Origin: Vicugna vicugna
Lineage: Eukaryota
DNA length: 64,000 nucleotides
Assembly (NCBI GenBank): GCA_013265495.1
Contig: MU058257.1
Coordinates: forward strand, 565,418 to 629,417
Direction: 5' to 3'
Shown here: positions 36,652 to 48,116 of the stretch, in pieces
How positions within the stretch are numbered: position 1 is the first letter of the stretch
Layout of the letters: each line of letters starts with the position of its first letter
The notes under the pieces: model-generated
The model's database searches: none
Told to the model about the DNA's origin: nothing
What the model saw: the letters and a program-made list of their open reading frames with translations, nothing else
Program-made: the position numbers and the translations under genes

Positions 36652-38260
36652 AAGAACTGACTGTAATCCATTTATTCCTTCAACCAACCAGCATTTCTTA
36701 AGCACAGAACCCAGGCCCTGGGCCGGGAGAACGAGAAAGACTCAGCACACCCCTGCCTGCCTGGAGGAGGCCCGGGGCTGGTGGGGATGGAGAACGGAGC
36801 ACAGTCAAGGTGATAAAGTTGGGGACTGGGAAGCCCACTCAGGTTTTCCTCCGCCAAGACCCTCCTTTTTGGGACCAAAGGCTCTGGGGGAAAATTCCTC
36901 GTCTTTCTGAATCCAATTAAGCTACAAGTAGTTTTTCAATTTGCTTTTATTTCTACCCTTTGGCCTGTGCTGTCTGGGTTGTGGGCACACGGGCCCTTAG
37001 TCGTTGGCACTGAGTCCTGTTCTAAATGCAAACAGATGGACAGCCTGGCAGCCCAGCCACGGGGGATGAATTCCAAGGCAGCAACACACTGACATTAGTC
37101 GGGTGAACACGGCTGCACGGAACGACTTTGCGCTCAACCCTTTCCAGGAGGGCCCAGAAGTTTCGTATCCAGGAGGCGCACAGCCGATGTCCCCCTCTCT
37201 CTCAGGCCCTCCTGGGAAGGGCCGGGCAGCTCCATCTCCGTTCTGGAGATGTTTCTGTCACTAAGGAGAGCCCCGCAGCCAAGCTTTCAGGGAAACAGAC
37301 CAGGTTAGCCACTTCTAATCATTTCTTTTAGGGTCTGCAGCCAAGCAGACAACACAACGAAGCCATCTCAAACCAAGATCCTGCTGCCGCCACTTAAAAA
37401 TAACCCGGTGACCAAAAGGGGACCCACTGACTCAGAATCAGACTTTGACTTGCTCTGTGACCCGCCCCTCCTGGCTCAGGGAAGGACAGGATGAGCTTGG
37501 CCCACCTTCCAGCCCAGCAGCAGGGCTTCTGAGTTTTGCTTTGCTCGGTCAGGGCAGCAGGAGGCAGCCCTCTGCTGCTGGTGGTGAGGAGTATCTGTCG
37601 AGAGCATCATTTACCCCCCAGATCTCTCCCTCTGGGCAAACAAAATGTCCAGCACTAACTCACGTGCCATTCCCACAGTCTTGTGGCATGGCTGCCTCAG
37701 TTCAGTAAAAGTCAGGTGTGCCCCACTTATGTGGCTTAATTCACGGACAACAGTGGCCACAGTAATCAGCGTTTATTGAGCACGCAGCGTGTGCCTGGCT
37801 GATCGCTTTTCTTGCAATAGCTCATAAAACCCCTCCTGTAGGAGTGACAACTTGCTTTGACTTACTGAGCAGCTGCTATGTACAGAGAATTACGCCAGTG
37901 GCTGGGGCGTGGACTTAGCCTGGTAACCCCCGGCGCCGCTTGCTTTGTCTTTGCTGGCTCTGGGCTGATGGCAGGGAGCAGAGTGGGACTTCCGGGCTGA
38001 GGCGGCAGCCCACCCACGTTATGTTCTCCCATCAGAGACAGTCCCCTGTTGTCAATGGCTGGGACTGAAACCTTGTCAGATGAACTGGGAACAGTGAGAA
38101 CCACCGTCATGGCTCTATTGACTGAGCACCTACTGAGTGCCAGGGACTGCTTTAAACTCTTTTCATTTATTATGTTCATCCCTCCTTAACCACTCAGGAC
38201 GGTGAGGCTGCCCAGGAGCTGAGGCACTGGAGGGGCTTGCAACCTGGAGAGCTCTGTATC

Positions 38261-38380
38261 TTTTTTTTTAAATTTATTTTTTAAATTGAAGTACAGTCAA
38301 TTACAATGTGTCAATTTCTGATGTACAGCACAATGTCCTAGTCACGCATATATATACATATATTCATTTTCATATTTTTT
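38261..38380 (-). mobile_element. Short LINE-1 3' stub
   Basis: Poly-T + TTGAAGTACAGTCAATTACAATG; TSD GAGAGCTCTG(T/C)ATC at 38247-38260 and 38381-38394. Confidence 0.9.
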
Positions 38381-41199
38381 GAGAGCTCTGCATCCTTGTA
38401 TCTTTCCTTTGGGCAGTGGGATCCGCGTCCTCCACCAGTTCCAGCACGATTTTCTGCCACTGTGGCGGTGAGTCTGGAGGAATTCCTCAAGTCAGGAGTA
38501 GTGCACAGGGACTGGCAGGAGCCACTTGGAGAGGCAGGAGCAAAACCTCTCATCAGCCTCAAGGACAGCGATGTGGGGGCTTTTCCTCTCAACAACCTAC
38601 CCCCCATCCCTGGGTCAATCATGCTTCTTAGAGATCCCAGTCCTTGTATTGCCAGCAAAGACACTGAGTCGTCTTCCGAAAACACAACAGTGCCTCGAAC
38701 CCTGGCTCTGAGAAGAGCACTCTGCCAGGAAGCACCACTAGTAACAAAGGAAAAGGGAGCCACTGCCGGTCTGCGAGTTCCGGGAACGAATGTAATCCTA
38801 GGGTCTGGAAGTCTGACCCTAAGGCTAAATCTGTTCAATCTTCCAACTCTACTACAGAGAGCAACAATGGACTAGGAAATTGGAGGAACGTGAGTGGTCA
38901 GGATAGACCACTCGGGGCTCCACAGTGGACCTCTGGGACCAGCTGCACCCCCAGGCGCCCTGATTCAGCCCCTCAAGTCTCAGAAATGCTGGTTACATTT
39001 GTGTGCAGCAGCTGGAAGAAGTCAGATGGAAAAGCAGTGCCGGGGGCAGGGATCTCATGCAGAGGGGCTTGGAAGCCCACGAGAGCCTGCGATGGGAGCC
39101 GCGGGAGTTTTGCTGTGTTTCCCGGAGGACCTGGAACAGCTGGGTCCTCTGACTGTTGTCATCCTGGCCTTTCCCCCATGGGCGGAAATACTTTCCTCCA
39201 GTGCCAACCAAGAGAATCAATGGGAGAGAGGGGACTTGGAGGTGCCAGAGGAATCTTAAATATTTTATGCTCTTAAATCAAAGGGGAAAGGCAGAGTGAT
39301 TTCTTTTTCAAATGGAAGTGGCGGAGACCTGAGTCCATTCAAGATGAACAGGTGCCCTGCCTGGTCATCAAAACCTGGAGACAAAGCCAAATGAACAGCC
39401 AAGATGGCGAAGCACAAAAAGAGGGCTGGAGAGGGGTGTTTGGGCATTGACATCACAGGCCATGAGGTATGCTGGCCTCCAGATGCCTCTGCCTTCCAGA
39501 AGATTCCAGCAATGGTTATCAAATGACTTACAGAATGTGAATAATGATGCTCCCATGGAGTCTGTGTCTTTGTGAGTTTGCCTCGACCACAAAACCAGCG
39601 CTGAAGTGTGTGAGCCCACGGGTGGAGGACCGTGGCCGGTGGCCTCATTCTCCCCCTGCCCTAAGCCAGGGCCATCACGCCTGGATCATTCCAGGGCACT
39701 GAACATCTAGGCTGTTTGCAGACATTGGCAGGGGCAGCTGTCTCACTCCTCCTTGGGGAAATTCTTTTCATGCTTAATAGCTTCTGAAAGCAAATGGGAG
39801 GTGATTTTCCAGGCCATTCCCTCTGCCTGATCTATTTCCAAAAAACCGTGTCCCTGCCTCCACTTCCTGCTGGGCTCTATGAAAGGAGGGCGCTTCTCCT
39901 TTTGAGATCAGACATATCCTTAAGAAGGCAGTTCAGGATTTGCAGTCAGGGCAGTAGGCGGATTGGTGGGTCCTTTGGGCGAGGAGGAGAGGGCGCAGTG
40001 ACCATCAGGGCTCTCCTTGTGCACTACACGGGGGTCCAGGAAACACTCCCTCCTGCTCATCCTTTCTTCCTACCAATTATCCACAAATGTTGTCACATCC
40101 TGGGTGTCGGCCCTGCCCCCGGAGGCACGAGGAACAGGAGATAAGCTAACGTTTCCTGCCTGCCAGGCCCGGGCAGACTTCCCACTTTGCCCGTTAGCCT
40201 CAGGGTTCTAACCTGTGCCCGGATCTCTGCTGTGCACATGCTCACTGGAGGTCGGGACCGCCCCTTGCATCTCCAGAAAGGAGGCGCATCCGTCAGGTGA
40301 CCCTTGATCTCATGGGAGCATGACCTCTCCGGGAGTCACCGAGGAAGAACAATTAGCGAGCGAAGCAAGACGGAATACGTCCTTACAGGGTCCCTCTGCA
40401 CTGCGATGCCCACCCTTCCACGTCACTGACACACGCTCCCCTTGTCAGCCAGTCCAGCCAGAGGCTGGGGACCTTCCCATTCTCGGTCACGGTGCATCGT
40501 GACCCACACACCCTTTTGCCTACAGGAGGGCTGATGTGACCCCAAAGGGTAGGGGGCTGCTTCTGGTGCTTCCTGCCACCGCGGGTCCTAGATGTCATCT
40601 CTGTACCCATCGGTGTTGCTGGCCACGTGGCACAAAGCTTGAACAGGGCTGCCCTTGGTTCGGATTCACTCAGCCCAGAAAACCTTCCCCAGCTGCCATG
40701 CAGCTGAAGAGCAAAACACTTGTCTTCTCCCTCCAAGAAAACATGCAGAAAGTAGTGGATACATGGGGCTCGGTTGCTGAGAAGACAACGTCGCCTCCCT
40801 CCCAGCTGCATTGTTTCGGTGTTTGGTGTTTTTTTAAACAATTTTAACAGGATTGTTCACTGTTTGAAACGAAACACCAGTGTAGACGCAGCACATCGTT
40901 AAAAGTCTGGTGGGCAGGAGGCAGGAGTCCAGACAGAAGGGTTCAGGGGAACAAGACCCCTCTGGGCTTCCGACGGCAGGACACCCTGGGCTGCTCACAG
41001 TGTGGTTTGGTTTTTGTTCACTACTGGAAGCGTGAGGAAGTGTTCTGGAGTTGCTGTGGATCAAATCACTTCCAGTACTGAAACATCCATCCCACACTGG
41101 TGACTCTCTTGGGGGGGGTTTGGAAAAGCGCACACAGGGTTCGGCTTTTCTCAAGGCTGCACTCAGTATCCCGGGATGGACTCCCCTCCAGCCCCTGGG

Positions 41200-41620
41200 A
41201 CCTGTGCACCACTGGCCGCCCTGAGCCCCTCAGGCGCCCCCCGGCCACCCGCTGCTCCTCCAGGCCACCGCAGTCACCGCCATTTCGGTTTGTTTTTTAA
41301 ATGACATGAGAGATTCTTGGTTATGACCCCCAAAAGAGAGGAAACGTACCATGATGCCGACCAGGACGGACAGTCCTCTGCCAGCGCGCCCGCCGGCCAC
41401 GCTCCTGTGCGGGGACCTGGGCATGCAGGGCGCACGTGCCACTGGGCGCCCGGATGCAGGGAGCCTGGGCCCCACGCAGGTGCGGACGCGGCCACGCGCC
41501 ACGGCCACGAGCAACTCGCTCCTTTATCCGACCACCGCCTCCTTTCCTGCAGGAGCCGCGTGACACTCGACTGTGACCTTTTCTTCCACCATGATGGATC
41601 GACCCCATGTGCCATTTGGA
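41200..41620. promoter_or_regulatory. CpG-rich patch
   Basis: Visibly dense CpGs (GCGCGCCCGCCGG, GGACGCGGCCACGCGCCACGG) against a CpG-depleted background; not quantified. Confidence 0.4.
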
Positions 41621-44289
41621 GTGAAATTCTACTCGTGCTCAGAGGCACAGTCTGATTCCTAAAGCATTCTCAGTCCTGGAAACCCCTCCCAGTCTCCCAC
41701 CACCGCTTCCAGAGCCGACCTCTCCCACCCGGGGGTTCGGCTGCTGGTTCGCTAGGACTTCTTAGGAAATATATACCTTTAATTATAGCTATTTGTATTC
41801 ATGAATGCCCATTAAAATGACAAATTCTTTGAGAATGTGGTTCATCACACACATCTCAGTGTCTCCTACACGCCTTTCTGTGTAGTAGGCACTAGTAATT
41901 ATTTATTGGTTGGCTACCTGAATCTCGATGCTTCTACTAATGTAGCCAAACTGACTACCGCCAGGCAGCTCTTTCAGAATTTATAACAGGGCTATCTTTT
42001 TCGCTTCACCTAACAAAAACGATTGTAGTCTTTTGTATTAGGATTAAATTAGGACTAAAAAGAGCATTGTTTTTTTAATTTCAAGAACCACATAGCATTT
42101 CCATGGTGGGCACAAATGCCTTTTCCTTTGTGTTGATGTGATTCAGAGAACACGAGGAGGTGATCAGTGTTCCCAGTCCTGCTGTGCCCCCGTGGGGGTG
42201 GGGGTAAGGGGTCCCCTGGACACAGAGGATGTCACTCTTACCTAAACATGTGGACCGGACCACACATGTGCCTGCTGCACATGGCCGGAAGTGGAGGACC
42301 TGGAGCGTTTGGAGCAACAGCCTCCAATGGAGCTTGCCATCACTGCACCCCCTGCCCGCTGCCTCCTGCCCACCTGCATGTATTGTCTCCACGAAGGGAT
42401 CTGGTGTTCTTCCAGATGCTCAAGTCAGAAGCCCCGGAGGCCACGTGCGTCCTCGTGCCAGCCACCTCACCGACCCCTAGATCTCATTGGCTTTCTCCCC
42501 GTCCTGCTGTTTGGTCTCCTTCCATTTCACTGGCCACTGCCCAGATGCCCAGTTATCCGCATTCTTTCCTGGCTTCCTGCTGACCTCTCTGCTTCCCCTC
42601 CTGTCTCCTTCCGCTCCTCACCAGAGTGAGATTTATAAGCTGTGCTTCTGATGGTGTTGCTCGCATGCTGAAAATCCTTCCTGCGAGTCACCGAAGCCCT
42701 GCTCCACCCCATCTGGCCATCCCCTCTGGAAGCCTCGTCCCCCGCCCTCCGCCTCTGCGGCCGCCCAGAGCTGCTCATAGCTCCTCTCTTCCGAGCTGTC
42801 TGTTTGCCACTTTCTCTGAACGGTCAGCTCACACCCTTCATGTGGCCCCTTCCTATGGAGACATGAGACTCCACTCCAGGGTGCCTCCATCATTCACTCC
42901 ACCAGGCTGGGTGGGAGGCCCGTCCCTGGATCCCATAGCATCTGACCTCACCTCCGGCAGAGGAGGTGCGGCCTTCAGTGCGGAACAGTTCACCTGTGCC
43001 GGGACAGTGGTTTCCTGTGCTTTGCTTCTGTGATCTTACACGATGCGCAGCTGCTTTTTCTGGGATTATTTTCTTGGGCGGGACAATGACCGTGGACAGT
43101 CACTGTCCCCAGAGTCAGGATGACTTGGACAGGACAGTGAAGATCTGGCTCTCGCTCTGGACGTGCTAACCCTAACCCTGAGTATTTCTATACGTGGCCT
43201 GTTACAATGGGCATGACTTTGTGGGTGACAGCAGACACAGAGCCTATTAGCTGATTAATTACAAACGCCCCACACCACCGCCATCCTGCTCCCTGGGAAA
43301 TTAAATGCAAAGGGAGGAGAAAGATGACATGCTAGTCATGGAGGGTAAATCTCCTGAGGCTTCAGAGTTGGGTTCCAGTGACCAAATAAGGAAAGGAACA
43401 AAGCCTACGGCCTCAGACAGGACTCAGCTCTGGCTGTGAGCAGGCGGCAAGGCCAGTCATCTGGATCAGATGTCAAATCCTTTTCACAAAGATAAAGCGA
43501 GGGGCAAAGCCTCACTGTCCCGGGGCATAACTGTCATCCCCCCCGCTGCCACGATCAGCTCCTTCCTCATGGAGCCGGTGGGCAGAGGCAGCCTGTGAGT
43601 CCCACCGGGATGAGCCTGGAACCCTAACGAGGTGATAAAAACTTAAACCTGGGGCCCGTGCCTAGAACCTGGCAGTGCTGTGACTCATCCAACTTGTGCA
43701 AGCTTAGTCATTTCAAGGGGAAGTTGTGCCAGGTCCCCACCCAGTAATATTTTCCACTCGACGACCATCAAAAAACAGGACCTAACCAGTCATCTCTAGA
43801 CCGAGGCTCAGCCAGCTCAGGGGCCTGGGAGGTGGTGAAGCAGGCATCTTCAAGCCCAGCCTGCCTGCAGGCTTCCACACGCCCCTGGGTGTGTCTGCCG
43901 CCTGCACCACCTCTTGGCATTGAGTTGAAACTGGGGGCTTTGACATATTCAGTGGGTTTCAGAGTTTAAAGAATATTGCATAGCTGGAACAGCATTAAAC
44001 AAACAAACAAAGAAACAAACAAAACAGGTGACTTGGCTCTACTGGGTGAAGCCAAAACTAGAGGCCAGCACTCAGCTGTGACGTAATCTGTGAAGCCATG
44101 GAAGACCATCTTCCATTGAAGGCAGTTAACAGTGGAGACGGAGGCTCAGCCCAGGCAGGCTGTGCTCTCAAAGGCTGTGTCCAGAAGTGGGGCTTTGAAA
44201 ATCCTGCCTTACGACGAGACACAGCCACTGCATCTCTGCGGGGGCCGTTCCTGCTGCAAATTCAGGCACTGATGTGGAGGCAGAACAGA

Positions 44290-44830
44290 AAGGCGCGGGG
44301 AGGGGGTTTGCGTGGGTGGGTTTAGTCTCAGCTCCAGCCCAGGCGCCCTTGGCAGACCCCCTGCTGCTACCGAGCGAGACTGAAACTAATCAAAGCTATC
44401 TGCGTGGTGCACGTGCCCAGCCGCAGAGACGGAGCGGCCGTGTGCACAGATCCCTGCGGCCGCAGGTGTGCGGCAGCCTCCCCCGCAACAGAGCGGGGCG
44501 TGCAGGAGCGCCGGGGAGGGGGAGCCTGTGAATGCACACCCAGGCGCGGGCTCGGACTCGGAGGCCAGGCGCTGGGGAGGCAGGTGTGAACCGCGGCGGC
44601 GGCATGGCCAACCGAGCGACCTGCCACGCGCGCCTGAAACTGGCTTCAGCACAAGCAGACACAGCCTCCTCTCCCTTCCATTAAGCAATTTATTAAACAT
44701 TTAAAATCAGAGTGCACGTCTCCTAGACTTCCTTTTTGTTGGAAGGTGCAGTGAAATGACCAAGGGGTTGGGCGTTGGGGGGTGGGGAGACAAGGAATGC
44801 AGATCTTAATTAGCAGCCATTAAGGGATGC
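44290..44830. promoter_or_regulatory. CpG-island-like region with adjacent TAAT/ATTA-rich block; candidate enhancer or promoter
   Basis: Dense CpGs 44290-44640 including GCGGCCGC and CCGCGGCGGCGG, followed by CCATTAAGCAATTTATTAAA and CTTAATTAGC homeodomain-like sites. Confidence 0.45.
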
Positions 44831-44843
44831 TCACCTGTGTTCT

Positions 44844-45040
44844 TTTTTTTTTTTTTACATTTTAAAAAATATTGAGTTAGAGTCAGTTTACAATGTTGTG
44901 TCAATTTCTGGTGTACAGCACAGTTTTTCAGTCATATATGAATATCCATATACTCGTTTTCATATTCTTTTTCACCATGAGCTACTACAAGCCCTTGAAT
45001 ATATTTCCCTGTGCTGTACAGTATAAACTTGTCTACCTGT
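44844..45040 (-). mobile_element. Short LINE-1 3' stub
   Basis: Poly-T plus antisense 3'UTR; perfect TSD TCACCTGTGTTCT at 44831-44843 and 45041-45053. Confidence 0.92.
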
Positions 45041-45547
45041 TCACCTGTGTTCTGATTGATCCTTTTTTGGGTCAGTGTTTATATTTATATATGAGGATGA
45101 TAAAAGCCCTGGAGATGGCTCTTCCTAATAGCCCCTTTGCAGACAAGGACAATCGAGGGAAGCTGAGTGAGTCACCCTACCTCGCACACTTGAAACGATG
45201 GACACAGAGCTCAAACCGCAGTCCCAGGCTCCAAGTGCAAGGCTCTCCCCACCAAAATGTACTGTCTCCCTTCAGAAAACCAGACAGCTTGCAGGGACAA
45301 GGCTTTTCTTTCCCAAGATTATTTGGGTCCCCATGTGGTTGCTACTGTAGTGCCTCGGGGTAGAATGTTAGTCCCCCCACAGTTTGAGGTCCCCCTGCTG
45401 GGAGAAGCTGTGAAGGGGACCTGGGGACTGATTGCCAGGCTCCTGGGGACTGGGTGGGGGGTGAGGGGAAGACGCCCTAGACGTCAGTACCGCTCACTCA
45501 CCCAGCTGTGTTTGGTAAGCATTGCTATTGCCAGACCCTGAGACGTT

Positions 45548-46029
45548 AGCACTCATGAAAAGGGGGCTGTGGCCGGGGGATGTGAGCACCCAGACACAGA
45601 CCCTGGGCTCCAGGAAGCCCCACTCTAATCAGGAAGACCAGCGGGGGGCCTGCGCTGCTCCCACTCCCAGCCCCAGCCCCTCCTCACGGAGCACGTGAGG
45701 GCTGGGCCCTGGGGACACACATTCTTTGGACCCCAGGGGTCATCCTGATGTTCACTCCGGGTGGGGGCAGCGGTCCTGGGACTGAACACAGAATGTGGTG
45801 GTGGGGCAGCTCGCCCACCCAGAGGGGAGGAGAGAAGGGTGCGGAGAACCAGGGGAGTTAGGTCATTCAGTCACTCATTCATTCATTCATCCAAGAAATA
45901 TTTATGGAGGGCCTACAGTGTGCCAGCCACTCCTCTAGGCACTGGGACTATGGTGGTGTAGAAAACAGACACCCCCTGTTCTCGTGAAGATGGTGATAGA
46001 CTTGATCTCCTCAAATAGGATCCAGCCTG
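45548..46029 (+). repeat. Left arm of long inverted repeat
   Basis: Aligns end to end with the reverse complement of 47628-48116; includes a 38-bp perfect match (45721-45758 vs 47902-47939) and an embedded L2 3' relic (~45860-45950). Confidence 0.95.
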
Positions 46030-46390
46030 GGGGAAGAGTGTCCTCTACATGAAGTGGAGGAACCCCGGCTTTGCCATCCACAAAGCGCAGACCCACGTTG
46101 CAAAAGCAGGCCTTCGGGAACCCACTCTGTGCTGCCTCACAAGAGGACCACCTGAAGGAGGGTCCTGGGACCCTGGCAAAAACTGCAGAGATGATGGCAC
46201 CAAACACTGTGGCTCTAAGTTTGGCCCTTCGGGTACCTTTCCCATCCTAACTGAAGTTTCTGGGGAGAGACCAGGGTTACAAAAGCACCCGTCTTTGGTG
46301 TACACCTGTGGCATCAGCCCCCTGGCTATGGAGGAGAGGAATCCATCTACACACAGATGACACAACTCCCTTCAGGAATTCAAGACATTT

Positions 46391-46708
46391 GACTAATTAA
46401 TTAATGGCATTTTTAAAAAACATTTTGCAGTGTTGTGTTAATTTCTGGTGTGCAGCATAGTGATTCAGTTACACACATATGTACACAGTCTCTTCCATTA
46501 TAGGTTACTTCAGGCCACTGAGTAGAGTTCCCTGTCCTAGATAGTAGAATCTTGTTTGTTCTGTACATAGAAGTTGTACAGAGGAACTTAATTACAAAGC
46601 AGAGACTCACGACGAAGAAAACAAACTTATGGTTAGTGGGGGAGGGGGAGGAGGGGAGGGAGGGATAAATCGGCAGTTTGGGATTGGCAGATACAAACTA
46701 CTGTGTAT
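46391..46708 (-). mobile_element. LINE-1 3' stub with 5' inversion (twin priming)
   Basis: Minus-strand 3'UTR end (~46400-46570) joined to the plus-strand upstream 3'UTR piece (~46580-46708); 16-bp TSD GGAATTCAAGACATTT at 46375-46390 and 46709-46724. Confidence 0.88.
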
Positions 46709-47627
46709 GGAATTCAAGACATTTTAGAAACTGCAAATCGAATTGCTAAAATAAGGCAAAGCATAAAAAAAAAAGCCAAAAAGTTGTGTAACCATTTTTT
46801 GTCTCTCAGAGCTGATTTAAAGAACAAGAATTTGACAAATATACAAGGGAAGAGCCTAGAGTGTTACCGACGTATTATTTTCAGGACAAATTCTAAGAGC
46901 AAACACGCATATTTCAGGGGTTTTCGTATAAATTTCAGACCAAGACATTTCATTCCTGTCTTAACCGAAAAAAAAAATCACTGCTCTCAGCTAGAGGAGG
47001 AACAGGGGATACACTGCTACTTTCGAGGGGTTTCTGTCTTTCAGTTCTATGCTGGTTACAACAAAGAATAGACTTTGTTAAGGAAAGTCAACAACAGCTT
47101 GGTTTTCAGGGGGAAACTGACAGGAGCTCGCTTCCTTTCCAAGAGCAAGAAAACGAACCCCAAATGCTTGAAGTGGTAACAACGGTTGGTTTTATTTCAC
47201 AGCTGGTAACAATTTGTCCTTTTGTAGGTAGAAGATGCAAAAACAGGACTGCACCTTTTACTTTGTTTGCTGGTCTCTTCCCTGCCAGCCACTCCTGACA
47301 CCTGCTGGGCGATTGCTCAGCCCCGCAGAGCTTCCCCACCGCCCAGTGCCGTGGTCACAACCTGCGCCTTGTCCTCTAATCTACAGTGTGGTCTGCAGCC
47401 TCCATCTCAACCTCCCTGTGTCCTCTGTGCCTCCTCCTCTGCCTCCCAATATTCCTTCTCTACATCTTCAGCAGAAGCCCAGTCTCTAGACGCCTCCTTT
47501 GCCCCCAGCCTTTTCCCCTGCCCTCCATCCTTGTTCAGAAGAGCATCCTTCACAGTCACCGAAGCCTCCCACATCGTGCCCTGCGTCTTTGCCTTCAGAA
47601 TACTTCTCCCCTCCCCCACCCCTCCTT

Positions 47628-48116
47628 CAGGCTGGATCCTACTCAAGGAGACCAAGTCCATCACCATCTCCACGAGAACAGGGGGTGTCTGTTTTGTGCA
47701 CCACCATAGTCCTAGTGCCCAGAGGAGTGGCTGGCACACTGTATACCCTCCATAAATATTACTTGAATGAATGAATAAATGAATGATTTAACTCCCCTGG
47801 TTCGCCGCACCCTTCTCTCCTCCACTCTGGGTGTGCGAGCTGCCCCCCACCTACTCTCCCACCATGTTCTGTGTTCAGTTCCAGGACCCCTGCCCCCACC
47901 TGGAGTGAACATCAGGATGACCCCTGGGGTCCAAAGAATTTGTGTCCCGAGGGCCCAGCCCAGACGTGCTCAGTGAGAGGGGGGCTGGGGGCCGGGAGTG
48001 GGAGCAGTGCAGGCCCCTCGCTGGTCTTCCTGATTAGAGTGGGGCTTCCCGGAGCCCAGGGTCTGTGTCTGCGGGTGTCCCCATCCCCTGGCTGCGGCCC
48101 CTGTTTCATAAGTGCT
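47628..48116 (-). repeat. Right arm of long inverted repeat
   Basis: Reverse complement of 45548-46029, roughly 85-90% identical by eye with a few indels; the ORF track shows matching peptides on opposite strands (45761 + vs 47712 -). Confidence 0.95.

Noticed and set aside
38338..38875. Overlapping 159-aa and 166-aa ORFs on opposite strands
   Set aside because: No recognisable domain, non-ATG or repeat-overlapping ends, and no convincing splice context; consistent with chance in GC-rich DNA.
43167..43180. CTAACCCTAACCCT telomere-like repeat
   Set aside because: Only about two units; not an interstitial telomeric array.
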